Assembly (NCBI GenBank): GCA_041666945.1
Contig: JBAYFY010000002.1
Location: 64,701 to 128,700 of the forward strand
Source: Candidatus Buchananbacteria bacterium
Lineage (GTDB): Bacteria; Patescibacteriota; Patescibacteriia; 2-01-FULL-39-33
Direction of reading: 5' to 3'
Length of the DNA stretch: 64,000 nucleotides
Part shown: piece after piece, positions 27,953-38,514 of the stretch
Layout: each line of letters starts with the position of its first letter
Position numbering within the stretch: the first letter of the stretch is position 1
Notes under the pieces: model-generated
Seen by the model: the letters and a program-made list of their open reading frames with translations, nothing else
The model's database searches: none
Told to the model about the DNA's origin: nothing
Made by a program: the position numbers and the translations under genes

Positions 27953-29251
27953 ATGCAAATAAAAGTCAATCATATCGGCAAGATGGAAGGGCATTCCGAT
28001 TTTGTGGCCGAAATCATCAAAGGCAAAGTGTCTTCAGCCAAATTAATGACTACTGAAGGCGCGCGTTTGATTGAGGGGATTCTGGTCGGCCGGAATTTTG
28101 ACGAGGCGCCGATTATTACCGCCCGCATCTGCGGCATTTGTCCGGTGGTGCACAAGGTTTCCTCGGTCAAATCGCTGGAGAACGCCCTGGGGATTGAGCC
28201 GAGCCGGCAGACGGTCAAATTAAGAAAAGCCATGCTGTGCGCTCAATTGATCCACAGCCATGCTTTGCATTTGTTTTTTTTGTCCTTGCCTGATTTTTTT
28301 GATATCACCAATGACTTGCAATTCATTGGCCAGTACAAAAAAGAAACCGAAAGCGCCATCAGGGTGCGCGATTGGGCGCTAAAGACGATTGAAGTCATCG
28401 GCGGGCGAGCCGTGCATCCGATTGCCTGCGAAGTGGGCGGCTTTAAGGTATTGCCGGAAAAAGCCGAATTAAAAAATCTCGCCGAGCGGTATCAATCCGT
28501 TTTAAAGGATGCTTTGGTTTTGGTTAATATGGTGTTAAAAATCAATCTGCCCAAATTCAGCCGCTCTACGACTTTTGTCGCCTTGACTCACGGCGACGAG
28601 TACGCTTATTATGGGGGCGACTTGAAGGTGTTATATCCTAACGGCAAAACCAAGGTAATTAAAGCCGGGGACTTCACAAAGAATATCAAAGAGATTGAAG
28701 AACCGTATCGCGCCGCCAAGTCGGCCAAACTGGACGGCAAGCCGTTTATGGTCGGCGCTTTGGCGCGCCTTAACATTAACCACGGCAAACTAAACCCCTT
28801 GGCGGCCGGAATATTCAAAAGCTTGAATTGGCGTTTGCCCCAATACAATACTTTCAACAACATCATTTGCCAGGCGGTGGAGATAGTCCATTTTACAGAG
28901 GAGCTGAACCGCTTGCTGAAGGAATTGGCGGCGGAATTAAAGCCGGAAACCAGCCGCGGCCAAGGGCTTGATCTTATCGCTCGCGCCAATCCGCTGGGCC
29001 GCGCCACCTCGGGCGTTGACGCTTGCGAGGCGCCGCGCGGCACGCTGTATCATGCTTACAAACTTGATAAAAACGGTTTGATTACCGATTGTCAGATTAT
29101 TACCCCGACCGTATCTTTTTTGAAAAACTTGGAAGCCGACATTAAGGAATACTTGCCCGGCATCAAGGATATGCCGGAAAAAAAACGCGCCATCAGGATC
29201 CGCGCCCTTATCCGCGCTTATGATCCGTGTATTAGTTGCGCGACTCATTAA
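27953..29251 (+). CDS. [NiFe]-hydrogenase large (alpha) subunit, group 3b-like
   Basis: EGH, L1 RICGICPVVH, VGALAR, EAPRG and L2 DPCISCATH at the C-terminus. Confidence 0.93.
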   Translation: MQIKVNHIGKMEGHSDFVAEIIKGKVSSAKLMTTEGARLIEGILVGRNFDEAPIITARICGICPVVHKVSSVKSLENALGIEPSRQTVKLRKAMLCAQLIHSHALHLFFLSLPDFFDITNDLQFIGQYKKETESAIRVRDWALKTIEVIGGRAVHPIACEVGGFKVLPEKAELKNLAERYQSVLKDALVLVNMVLKINLPKFSRSTTFVALTHGDEYAYYGGDLKVLYPNGKTKVIKAGDFTKNIKEIEEPYRAAKSAKLDGKPFMVGALARLNINHGKLNPLAAGIFKSLNWRLPQYNTFNNIICQAVEIVHFTEELNRLLKELAAELKPETSRGQGLDLIARANPLGRATSGVDACEAPRGTLYHAYKLDKNGLITDCQIITPTVSFLKNLEADIKEYLPGIKDMPEKKRAIRIRALIRAYDPCISCATH

Positions 29252-29271
29252 TTATAAAAACAAAAACATTT

Positions 29272-29526
29272 ATGCATGATTTTCATTTGGCTGACACGAT
29301 ATACAAAGCGATTATTGAGGAAGCCGAAAAAAACAATTTAAAAAAAATCGCCAAAGCGGCGATTGAATTGGGCGTTATCGTTGAACATGGCGAAGAAGTC
29401 CTGCCGGAAAATTTGGATTTTAACATTAAGATGCTGGCCCGGGGCGGCCCGGCCGAGGGGATAGAATTGGCGATCACTAAAGTCGCCGGCGGAAATTGGA
29501 TATTAAAAGAGATTGAGGGGGAATAA
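29272..29526 (+). CDS. hypA: HypA-like Ni metallochaperone lacking the Zn-finger
   Basis: MHDFHLA N-terminus, ELG, and C-terminal ILKEIEGE; no CxxC motifs. Confidence 0.75.
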   Translation: MHDFHLADTIYKAIIEEAEKNNLKKIAKAAIELGVIVEHGEEVLPENLDFNIKMLARGGPAEGIELAITKVAGGNWILKEIEGE

Positions 29527-29584
29527 AAAACGGCCGGCGGTAAGTCGCGGGCCGATTGAAGTTCTTATTTCTTTCCCCCCCAGT

Positions 29585-29896
29585 TCAAAATAATGGGGGC
29601 AATAGAGGGGAAAAGAAACTGTCAAGATTTTCCCTCGTACGTTTAATTATTAATCGTCGGAAGTTTTCAGCTTCTTCTTTGGTGGCTGGCCGCAATGTTC
29701 CGTATTTTCTCTCCAATATTTCAAATAACTGACCGGGTTGTTTGAATCGCGAATGAGTCAGCAATTTTCCGTTTCCAGTGAATACGATGGCTGTATTTTC
29801 TTCCCTCCCCACCGAATCAATTTTAATGAAATGTTCTATTCCCCAACCACCACGAGCAATGAGATATTGTCCGGCTCGCAAATTTCCAGCTTTCAT
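29585..29896 (-). CDS. Hypothetical protein
   Basis: GGAGG SD and perfect TTGACA-17-TATAAT promoter at 29968-29996 (minus strand). Confidence 0.65.
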   Translation of the reverse strand: MKAGNLRAGQYLIARGGWGIEHFIKIDSVGREENTAIVFTGNGKLLTHSRFKQPGQLFEILERKYGTLRPATKEEAENFRRLIIKRTRENLDSFFSPLLPPLF

Positions 29897-30062
29897 TACA
29901 ATTCCTCCTGTTGTTTGGTTCTTGAAATGGCTAAACGAATATGTTTGCAGTTTGAATTATAATCGTAATTATATTAGGTATTTTTGTTTTTGTCAATGAC
30001 TTTTATTTGTAAGTATAAAAAATATTTAAAATAAGGTAAAATATAGCCATATAAAAACTTCT

Positions 30063-31244
30063 ATGAAAGTTAAATCCATTCGGGAGGTGGAAAATCTAAA
30101 AGGCAAGAGGGTGCTTATGCGCGCTGATTTTAACGTTCCGCTGATTAACGGCAGAGTCGGCCAAAGCGAGGATTTCCGCCTGGTCCGTACGGCGCCGACC
30201 ATTCAGTATCTGATTAAGAAGGGCGCCAAGGTGATTATAATGGCTCATCTCGGCCGTCCCGAAGGCAAGGTCAATTCTAAGTTCAGCTTAAGGCCGGTGG
30301 CTAAAAGATTGTCGCAAATTCTGAAGCAACAGGTAAAACTATCGCCGGAAATCATCGGCGCTAAGACGGATAAGCTGGCGAGCCAGATGAAAAACGGCGA
30401 AGTGTTGCTGTTGGAGAATGTCAGGTTTGATAAGCGCGAGGAAAAAGCGGATAAAAATTTTGCCCGGCAATTAGCCGGATTAGGCGACCTGTATGTCAAT
30501 GACGGCTTTGCCGTTTCTCATCGCGATCAGGCGTCGGTTTCTACAATTCAAGAATTTTTGCCGTCTTACGCGGGGCTTTTAATGGAGGATGAAATAAAAT
30601 ATTTGGGCGGCGTTTTAAAAAATCCCAAGCGGCCGCTCGTAGTGATTGTCGGCGGCGCCAAGATTTCCACCAAGATAAAAGTGATTAATAATTTCACTAA
30701 AGTCGCCAAGCGGATATTGCTGGGAGGCGCTTTGGCTAATACGGTGCTGAAAGTAATGGGTGTGTCAGTGGGCAAGTCAGCGGTTGAGCCGGAGATGTTT
30801 GCGGAAGTTAAAAAATTCAAACTGACGGACAATAAAATCGTGGTGCCGGTGGACGGCGTGATGGCTGACAAGTTTAACGCCAAGAAGGGGAGAATGGACG
30901 CTTTGGCCGACATCAATCCGGAGGAGTTAATTCTGGATATCGGCCCGGATACGGTCAAGCTCTATGAAAATATTTTAAAGTCGGCTAAAATGGTAATGTG
31001 GAACGGGCCGATGGGATTGATAGAAAATCCCGTTTTCGCTTCAGGCACTAAAAATTTGATTAAGATTCTGGCTGCCTCGCGAGCCGAGACCGTTGTCGGC
31101 GGCGGCGAGACCGTGCAGATGATCCGCAAAATGAAACTGGAAAACAAATTCAGTTTTATTTCCACCGGCGGGGGAGCGATGTTGGAATTTCTGGAAGGGA
31201 AGAAATTGCCGGGGCTGAAGAATATAGTAATACGTAACAAGTAA
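30063..31244 (+). CDS. pgk: Phosphoglycerate kinase
   Basis: RADFNVP, HLGRP, LLENVRF, GGAKI, WNGPMG and STGGGA. Confidence 0.97.
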   Translation: MKVKSIREVENLKGKRVLMRADFNVPLINGRVGQSEDFRLVRTAPTIQYLIKKGAKVIIMAHLGRPEGKVNSKFSLRPVAKRLSQILKQQVKLSPEIIGAKTDKLASQMKNGEVLLLENVRFDKREEKADKNFARQLAGLGDLYVNDGFAVSHRDQASVSTIQEFLPSYAGLLMEDEIKYLGGVLKNPKRPLVVIVGGAKISTKIKVINNFTKVAKRILLGGALANTVLKVMGVSVGKSAVEPEMFAEVKKFKLTDNKIVVPVDGVMADKFNAKKGRMDALADINPEELILDIGPDTVKLYENILKSAKMVMWNGPMGLIENPVFASGTKNLIKILAASRAETVVGGGETVQMIRKMKLENKFSFISTGGGAMLEFLEGKKLPGLKNIVIRNK

Positions 31245-31343
31245 ATGGAAAAAGAAATATTTTGTTTTTATCAGTTGGATACTTGGAAAAAAGCTCATTT
31301 TACTTATTACCTTTTACATATCACTTATTACTAACCTAAAAAT

Positions 31344-32144
31344 ATGGAAAATCAAGGAATGTGCTGCACGCCGGAAGGCATGAATAAATGCCGTTGCGCC
31401 AAACATATCATTTTGGCGATTCTGGCGATCGTTTTAATCGTTTATGTGTGTTTTTTGACGCGCAATGCCTGGCGCACTTATGATTATATCGGCAAGTCGC
31501 CTGACATGATCAATCAAATCACCGTTACCGGCACGGCCAAAGTCAGCGCCACGCCCGATATCGCCGTGCTTTATCTGGGTGTCATCAATGAGGGCGCGAC
31601 CGTGAATCTGGCGCAAAAAGGCGTTACCGACAAAATGAATGCGATTATTGACTCGCTAAAAAAAGAATTCAAAATTGATGCCAAAGACATTAAGACGGAA
31701 AATTACAGTGTTAATCCCAAATACGATTGGACTGACGGTAAACAACGCATAATCGGCTACTCGGCCAATCAAAGCGTTACCGTCAAAGTCAGGGATTTTG
31801 ACAAGACCGGCAATATTTTGGCTAAAGCCACCGAGCTTGGCGCCAATACCGTTTCCGGCCCGACTTTTTCCATTGACGATCCGGAAAAAGCTAAAGCCGA
31901 AGCCAGAGAAAAGGCCATCGCCCAAGCCAAAGCCAAGGCCAAATTGCTGGCTGATCAAGTCGGCATAAAATTGGGCCGCATCGTGAATTTCTACGAAGGC
32001 GGTTTGGAAACGCCAAACGCGGTTTATAGCCGCGATGCCATGGCTATGGGCGCAGCCGAAGCCAAAACCGTTTCGGCGCCGACGATTGAACCCGGCAGCC
32101 AGGAAATACAATTGACCGTCAGCATTAGCTACGAAATCAAATAA
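31344..32144 (+). CDS. SIMPL/DUF541 domain protein
   Basis: TM anchor; ITVTG.A.V...PD, AREKAIAQA and IEPG....V.V.YEI. Confidence 0.85.
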   Translation: MENQGMCCTPEGMNKCRCAKHIILAILAIVLIVYVCFLTRNAWRTYDYIGKSPDMINQITVTGTAKVSATPDIAVLYLGVINEGATVNLAQKGVTDKMNAIIDSLKKEFKIDAKDIKTENYSVNPKYDWTDGKQRIIGYSANQSVTVKVRDFDKTGNILAKATELGANTVSGPTFSIDDPEKAKAEAREKAIAQAKAKAKLLADQVGIKLGRIVNFYEGGLETPNAVYSRDAMAMGAAEAKTVSAPTIEPGSQEIQLTVSISYEIK

Positions 32145-32151
32145 TCATATT

Positions 32152-33411
32152 ATGGCTAAGATAACATCAGTCAAAGCGCGGGAAATTTTGGATTCGCGCG
32201 GCAATCCGACAGTGGAAGTGGAGGTGGTTTTAGACAACGGCAAAAAGGCCTGGGCTGGAGTGCCCTCCGGGGCCTCTACGGGCTCGCGTGAGGCCTTGGA
32301 ACTTCGGGATGGCGATAAACGGCGGTATGGCGGATTGGGTGTGTTAAAAGCCGTCAGTAATGTAAACAAAATCATCGCGCCTAAATTGAAGGGACTGGAC
32401 CCGACCAAACAAAAAGAAATTGATTCGCTCCTGATTAAATTAGATGGTACGGAAAATAAATCCAAGCTCGGCGCCAATGCTTTACTGGGCGTTTCCCTGG
32501 CCGTGGCCCGTGTCGCCGCTCTCACCCGGAAAAAACCGCTGTACGCTTATTTGCATCAAAAATATTGGAACGGCGGTAAAATATCTTTCCCTGTGCCCAT
32601 GATGAATATTATGAACGGTGGCGCGCATGCCGGTTGGTCTATTGATATTCAGGAATTCATGATTATGCCGCAACAAAAAAATATCAAAGAAGCAATCCGT
32701 TGCGGCGCGGAAATTTTTCACGCGCTTAAAAAACTTTTAGCCAAAGCCGGTTATCCAGTAACAGTCGGTGACGAGGGCGGTTATGCGCCTAAGCTCGGCG
32801 GCAATGAAAAAGCCATCGGTCTGATTGTTTCTGCCATTGCCGCGGCGGGATACAAGCCCGGCCGGGATGTAAAAATTTCCATTGATTCTGCCGCCTCGGA
32901 ATTTTTTGACGCTAAGGACAATAACTATGACATGAAAGCCGACAGAAAGACCAGAACCTCGGCGGCAATGATCAAGTTATACGGCGACTGGGTCAAAAAG
33001 TATCCGATTGAGTTGTTGGAAGATGGCTTGGCCGAAGGGGATTGGGACGGCTGGGCCGCGCTCACCAAGGCCTTAGGCAGAAAAATCGTCTTGGTTGGCG
33101 ATGATTTGTTCGTGACCAACCCTAAGATTTTAAAAGAAGGCATTAAGAGAAAAGTGGCTAACGCGATTTTAATCAAGCTCAATCAAATCGGTACGGTAAC
33201 TGAAACGGTGGAAGCAATGAAACTGGCGCAAAAAAACAAATACAAACTGGCGGTCAGCCACAGAAGCGGCGAAACTCCTGATGATTTCATCGCCGATTTG
33301 GCCGTGGCTTCCGGCGCTGAATACATCAAAACCGGCTCGTTAAGCCGCGGTGAACGGATTGCCAAATACAATCGTTTGATGGAAATTTGGGAGGAACTTG
33401 GTCGGAAGTAA
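32152..33411 (+). CDS. eno: Enolase
   Basis: DSRGNPTVE, VPSGAS, GDEGG, VGDDL, SHRSGET and IKTGS. Confidence 0.97.
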   Translation: MAKITSVKAREILDSRGNPTVEVEVVLDNGKKAWAGVPSGASTGSREALELRDGDKRRYGGLGVLKAVSNVNKIIAPKLKGLDPTKQKEIDSLLIKLDGTENKSKLGANALLGVSLAVARVAALTRKKPLYAYLHQKYWNGGKISFPVPMMNIMNGGAHAGWSIDIQEFMIMPQQKNIKEAIRCGAEIFHALKKLLAKAGYPVTVGDEGGYAPKLGGNEKAIGLIVSAIAAAGYKPGRDVKISIDSAASEFFDAKDNNYDMKADRKTRTSAAMIKLYGDWVKKYPIELLEDGLAEGDWDGWAALTKALGRKIVLVGDDLFVTNPKILKEGIKRKVANAILIKLNQIGTVTETVEAMKLAQKNKYKLAVSHRSGETPDDFIADLAVASGAEYIKTGSLSRGERIAKYNRLMEIWEELGRK

Positions 33412-33568
33412 TAGGCAATAAGTAACAGGTAACAGGTGAAAAGAAAGGGGATTGCATCCCTTTTCTTTTTTGTAATAATTATGTTATAATATAGGGGTAA
33501 TTATTTTGTCGTTTTTTTAATGTCTTTGCTTGTTACTTTATTACTCATTACTTGTTACTATCAGTAAA

Positions 33569-35140
33569 ATGCCAGTAAAATCAAAAAAAACAAACAAGCC
33601 GATTAGCAAGGTTATTCTTCTAATCCTCGATGGTTGGGGAATCGGCAAAAAAGACGGCTCCAACCCTATTTTTTTGGCTAAACCAAAATTCATTGATTCT
33701 TTGTATAAAAAATATCCCTGGACTGAATTGTCCGCCGCCGGCAAATACGTCGGTTTGCCGCCGAATCAAGTGGGCAACTCCGAAGCCGGCCATATGAATT
33801 TGGGCGCCGGACGCATCGCCGACCAAGACGTGGTTAAGATTTCCAAAAACATCAGTACGGGAGAATTTTTCAAAAACCCCGCTTTTTTGTCGGCCGTAAA
33901 TCACGTCAAAAAAAACCGATCCGCTTTGCATCTGATGGGCATGTTAAGCAACGGCCAGAGTCCCCATAGCGATCTTGATCATGTTTTGGCGCTTCTGACC
34001 TTGACTAGAAAATATTCAGTGAAAAAAGTTTATCTGCATCTGTTTACCGACGGCCGCGATTCTCCGCCGCTGTCTTCGCTTAAATTAATCATGGCTTTGG
34101 AGCGGTCGCTTCAGCCCAATGAGATTATAGCCACCGTTATCGGCCGATTTTTTGCCATGGATCGCAAAAAGGTTTGGGCTCGCACTATTAGGGCTTATAA
34201 CGCCATGACCGACGGCCGGCGCATGCATTATGCCGACAGCCCGCAAGACGGCATTAGCCGCGCTTATAATGCCGGAGTATCCGATGAATTCATTGAACCG
34301 ATTGTCATCAGACAGAAAGGCAAGTTGACGCCGCGCGTCAGCGACAATGACGCCATTATTTTTTTTAATTTGCGTAGCGATCGCGCCCGGCAACTGGCCA
34401 AGCCGTTTGTCCAGCATCAGTTTGAAGAAAAAAATCCCGGCTTTGTTAAACGCAAGCAAGTTTTGCAAAACATCGTTTTTGTGGCCATGACCGACTTCGG
34501 GCCGGATTTGGACAGCATCCTGACCGCTTTTCCTTCGGAGGATTTAAAAAACACTTTGCCCATGGTATTGAAAGATAAGAAACAGATTTATATCGCCGAA
34601 AGCGAAAAATACGCTCATGTAACCTTCTTCTTTAACGGCGGTTATGCCGATCCGGTAGCCGGAGAATCCAGGATTAATATCCCTTCGCCCCATGTGGACA
34701 GGTACGATAAGACGCCGGCCATGTCCACCCGGGAGATAACCGAGAAAGTCATCGCTTCGCTCAAAAAATACGACTTCATTTGCGCCAATATTGCTTGTCC
34801 GGATATGGTCGGCCACACCAGCAACATGGAAGCGGCGCAGAAGACGGTCAAGGCCGTTGACAAGTATGTCAAGCGAATCGCGGCGGCGGCGCTTAAGAAT
34901 AAGGCCGTTTTGCTGATTACCGCCGATCATGGTAACATTGAATATAAACTCAACTTGGAAACCAAAGAACGGCTGACCGAGCACACCGTTAATCCCGTGC
35001 CGTTTATCGTGGTGAGCGACAGCTTGGATAAATCATTGAAACTTAAACGGAACGGCGTTTTAGGCAATGTCGCTCCCACCGTTATTAAATTATTCGGTTT
35101 GAACAAACCGAAAGAAATGAGCAAAAACAGCCTTTTGTGA
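33569..35140 (+). CDS. gpmI: 2,3-BPG-independent phosphoglycerate mutase (copy 1)
   Basis: ILDGWG, GNSEAGH, DGRD, EKYAHVT, DMVGHT and TADHGN. Confidence 0.93.
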   Translation: MPVKSKKTNKPISKVILLILDGWGIGKKDGSNPIFLAKPKFIDSLYKKYPWTELSAAGKYVGLPPNQVGNSEAGHMNLGAGRIADQDVVKISKNISTGEFFKNPAFLSAVNHVKKNRSALHLMGMLSNGQSPHSDLDHVLALLTLTRKYSVKKVYLHLFTDGRDSPPLSSLKLIMALERSLQPNEIIATVIGRFFAMDRKKVWARTIRAYNAMTDGRRMHYADSPQDGISRAYNAGVSDEFIEPIVIRQKGKLTPRVSDNDAIIFFNLRSDRARQLAKPFVQHQFEEKNPGFVKRKQVLQNIVFVAMTDFGPDLDSILTAFPSEDLKNTLPMVLKDKKQIYIAESEKYAHVTFFFNGGYADPVAGESRINIPSPHVDRYDKTPAMSTREITEKVIASLKKYDFICANIACPDMVGHTSNMEAAQKTVKAVDKYVKRIAAAALKNKAVLLITADHGNIEYKLNLETKERLTEHTVNPVPFIVVSDSLDKSLKLKRNGVLGNVAPTVIKLFGLNKPKEMSKNSLL

Positions 35141-35188
35141 TTATCGGCGTTTTTTACACTTTAGTATTGCAATGACTATTATTAATTT

Positions 35189-36781
35189 ATGAGTTCTAAT
35201 AATACAACCAAACCAAAACCGGTCGTACTGATGATTTTAGACGGCTGGGGCGCAGCGCCGCCTTCCCGATCTAACGCCATTACTTTGGCCAAAACGCCGG
35301 GCGTTACCGGACTGATAAAAACTTATCCGGCCATGACTTTGCAGGCCTCGGGCGAAGCCGTGGGTTTGTCTTGGGGAGAAATCGGCAATTCCGAAGTCGG
35401 CCATCTTAACTTGGGTTCCGGCAAGTTGGTGTATCAGAACCTGCCGCGCATCAATAAGTCAATCGCCGACGGCTCGTTTTTTGAGAATGAGAAATTCATT
35501 GACGCTTTAAAACACGCCAAGAAAAATAAAGGCAAAGTCCATTTGTTGGGATTGATTTCTTCCGGCGGCGTGCACAGCTATATTGACCATCTGTTTGCCT
35601 TGCTGGAATTGTGCCAAAAGGAAAAATTCCGCGAAGTGTATATCCACGGCATCTTGGACGGCCGCGACATGCCGTATAATTCCGGCATTGATTTTGTGGA
35701 CAAAATAAAAAGCAAGACCGAAGAGTTGGGCGTGGGCCGAATTGCCACTTTGTCCGGCCGGTTCTACGCCATGGATCGCGACAATCATTGGGAGCGCGTT
35801 GTTTTGGCGTATAATGCCATGGTCAAAGGCGGGGCGGCGGAAAAATTCAGCGATCCGGGCGAAGCAGTCAGGGCCTCTTACGGCAAGAAAATTTATGATG
35901 AAGAATTCGTGCCGGTGGTGATTGAAGACGATGGCCAACCTGTTGCCGTTATCACTCCCGGCGATGCCGTGATATTTTTTAATTTCCGCGCCGATCGCGC
36001 CCGGGAAATCTCCAAAGCGTTTGTTCTGCCCGGTTTTGAAAAATTTGAACGGCAATATTTGAAAAATTTGTATTTCGTGGCCATGACCGAATATGAAAAG
36101 GATGTTCCCATGGAAATCGCTTTTCCGCCGGAAACCATAGAAAAGCCGCTGGCTAAAGTCATTGCCGATGCCGGCTTGACCCAATTGCATATCGCGGAAA
36201 CGGAAAAGTACGCTCACGTTACCTTCTTTTTTAACGGCGGCGCCGAGCAAGAATTTTCAGGCGAAGACAGGATTTTGGTGCCATCGCCGCGCGTCGCTTC
36301 TTACGCGGAAAAGCCGGAGATGTCGGCTAAGGAAGTGGCGCAAAAAACCATTGACGCCATTATGTCCGACAAATACGATTTTATCGTGTTGAATTTCGCC
36401 AACTGCGATATGGTCGGTCATACCGGCGATTTGAAAGCGACTATTAAAGCCGTGGAAACGGTGGATAGCTGTGTCAAAAAAATCACCGAGGTCATCCTGG
36501 CCAAGGGCGGAGTGGCACTGATTACCGCCGATCATGGCAATGCTGAAGAGCTGGTCAATTTGCAATCGGGCGATATTGACAAGGAACACAGCACATACCC
36601 CGTGCCGCTTGTCATTATCGGCAAGGAATGGGAAGGCAAGAACGCCGGTTTTCCGGAAGTGCCGGGCGGGGATTTGTCTTTGGTTCAGCCCGCCGGGCTA
36701 TTGTCCGACGTGGCGCCGACGATTATTGGCATTATGGGACTGAAACAGCCGACGGAAATGACAGGCAAACCGCTCATTTAA
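35189..36781 (+). CDS. gpmI: 2,3-BPG-independent phosphoglycerate mutase (copy 2)
   Basis: ILDGWG, GNSEVGH, GGVHS, AMDRD, ETEKYAHVT and TADHGNAE. Confidence 0.95.
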   Translation: MSSNNTTKPKPVVLMILDGWGAAPPSRSNAITLAKTPGVTGLIKTYPAMTLQASGEAVGLSWGEIGNSEVGHLNLGSGKLVYQNLPRINKSIADGSFFENEKFIDALKHAKKNKGKVHLLGLISSGGVHSYIDHLFALLELCQKEKFREVYIHGILDGRDMPYNSGIDFVDKIKSKTEELGVGRIATLSGRFYAMDRDNHWERVVLAYNAMVKGGAAEKFSDPGEAVRASYGKKIYDEEFVPVVIEDDGQPVAVITPGDAVIFFNFRADRAREISKAFVLPGFEKFERQYLKNLYFVAMTEYEKDVPMEIAFPPETIEKPLAKVIADAGLTQLHIAETEKYAHVTFFFNGGAEQEFSGEDRILVPSPRVASYAEKPEMSAKEVAQKTIDAIMSDKYDFIVLNFANCDMVGHTGDLKATIKAVETVDSCVKKITEVILAKGGVALITADHGNAEELVNLQSGDIDKEHSTYPVPLVIIGKEWEGKNAGFPEVPGGDLSLVQPAGLLSDVAPTIIGIMGLKQPTEMTGKPLI

Positions 36782-36810
36782 TCAAACAAGAAAATAAAAA
36801 ATTAACAAAT

Positions 36811-38463
36811 ATGTTAAAAATTTTTAAGAAAAAACGCTTTTGGATTATTTTAATAATCATTCTGGCAGTGGTCGGATTCGGAATTTATAAATTGGCAAGT
36901 CCAAAACCGGCTGTGGAATATACCACGGAAACAGTTAAGCGCGGCAAATTGACGCAGACGGTTTCCGCCACCGGCCAAGTTGAGTCGGCGCATGAAATCA
37001 CTTTGAATTTTAAAACGCCGGGCAAAATAACTTATTTAGGCGTCAAAGAAGGGGATAATGTCAAGGCCGGCCAGGATTTGGCGCGGATTGACTCCGGTTC
37101 CATTGCCGCTCTGATCAAGCAGTATCAGGCCAATTTGGCCTCAGCTCAAGCCAATCTGGAAAAAGTCAAAGCCGGCGCCTCCGTTGAAGATATTAAGTTG
37201 ACCCAAGAGCAATTAACCAAAACGCAAAATGATTACAATAACTTGGTTCGCGAATCAAAGACGCAGGTTGATATTTTGAAGGATAAAACCATTGACAGTT
37301 TGAATAACGCCGTTTTTACTTCGCAGACGGCGTTAAACACGGTTTATAGGAACTTGATTAACACGGAAACAACCGTCAGCATGATAGTCATGGATATTGA
37401 TTTGCAGAATCAAGTAAAAAGTGATTACGGTATTTTAGTTAATAATCTTGCCGCCTTGCGTGATGAAATAACGGCGGCGCAAAAATCCTATGATCAGCAA
37501 TTAATCGCTCAAGCCAGCGATGACGTGAAGGATTTTTTGAGCCGGCTTAACAGTTACCTGGATTCCAGCTTTAATTTGACGGATATGATAATCGTCAATA
37601 CCACTTATACGCAAACGAAAAAAGATACGATTAAATCCGACATCTCAACGCAGCAAACCTCCAATAACACTTCGCTTACGGCCGTGCAGACCGCTCGTTC
37701 CAATCTCATCAACACCGCCGATTCTTACCAGTCGCAGATTCTGGCGGCGGCCAATGCCGTTTCCATCGCGCAAGCGTCTTTGGATCTGAAGAAGGCCGGC
37801 CCGCGCAGTTTTGAATTGGCTTCGGCCGAAGCCGCGGTGGCGCAAGCCCAGGCCTCGCTGGATAAAACCAGGGCCGATGCCGAGGACTATGTCATTCGCG
37901 CGCCCATTGACGGCAAAATCACCCAAGTCAATTATTCTTTGGGTGAAACCACGGCAGTGGCCGAAGCGGCGATCGCCATGCTTTCCAATGAGCGTTATGA
38001 AATCAAAGTGGATATCCCGGAATCGGATATAATCAAACTGATTGTCGGGGAGAAGGTCACGATTGATTTGGACGCTTTTGGCAGCGACCATCCTTTTTCC
38101 GGCGCCGTAACTTTTATTGATCCGGCGCAGACGATTATCAAGGACGTAACTTATTATAAAACCACGGTTACTTTCAATCAGGATTCTTGGAGCGATCAAA
38201 TCAAACCGGGCATGACCGCCAACATTACGATTATCGCGGCGGAAAAAGACAACGCCCTGTATATTCCGCAACGCGCCGTCAAAGTCAGGGAAACGACTTT
38301 GGGCGAAGCGCCGAAGAAATATGTGGAGGTCTTGGTTAACGGCCAAGCGCAGGAACGCGATGTGGAAATCGGTTTGCGCGGCGACGAGGGACTGGTAGAA
38401 ATAATTTTCGGCTTGAATGAAGGCGAACAAGTCGTAACTTACAAAAAAGACAACACCAAATAA
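36811..38463 (+). CDS. MacA-like periplasmic adaptor / membrane fusion protein
   Basis: N-terminal TM, lipoyl halves (VKEGD.VKAG; IRAPIDG), long coiled coil and KPGMTA. Confidence 0.88.
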   Translation: MLKIFKKKRFWIILIIILAVVGFGIYKLASPKPAVEYTTETVKRGKLTQTVSATGQVESAHEITLNFKTPGKITYLGVKEGDNVKAGQDLARIDSGSIAALIKQYQANLASAQANLEKVKAGASVEDIKLTQEQLTKTQNDYNNLVRESKTQVDILKDKTIDSLNNAVFTSQTALNTVYRNLINTETTVSMIVMDIDLQNQVKSDYGILVNNLAALRDEITAAQKSYDQQLIAQASDDVKDFLSRLNSYLDSSFNLTDMIIVNTTYTQTKKDTIKSDISTQQTSNNTSLTAVQTARSNLINTADSYQSQILAAANAVSIAQASLDLKKAGPRSFELASAEAAVAQAQASLDKTRADAEDYVIRAPIDGKITQVNYSLGETTAVAEAAIAMLSNERYEIKVDIPESDIIKLIVGEKVTIDLDAFGSDHPFSGAVTFIDPAQTIIKDVTYYKTTVTFNQDSWSDQIKPGMTANITIIAAEKDNALYIPQRAVKVRETTLGEAPKKYVEVLVNGQAQERDVEIGLRGDEGLVEIIFGLNEGEQVVTYKKDNTK

Positions 38464-38514
38464 CGCGCGACTTGCCGCTTCCGGCGCCCGGCGGACAGAA
38501 GCTAAATTGAAAAT

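Noticed and set aside
36628-36810. Extended start of the adaptor protein
   Set aside because: It overlaps gpmI copy 2; ATG 36811 precedes a typical basic + TM N-terminus.
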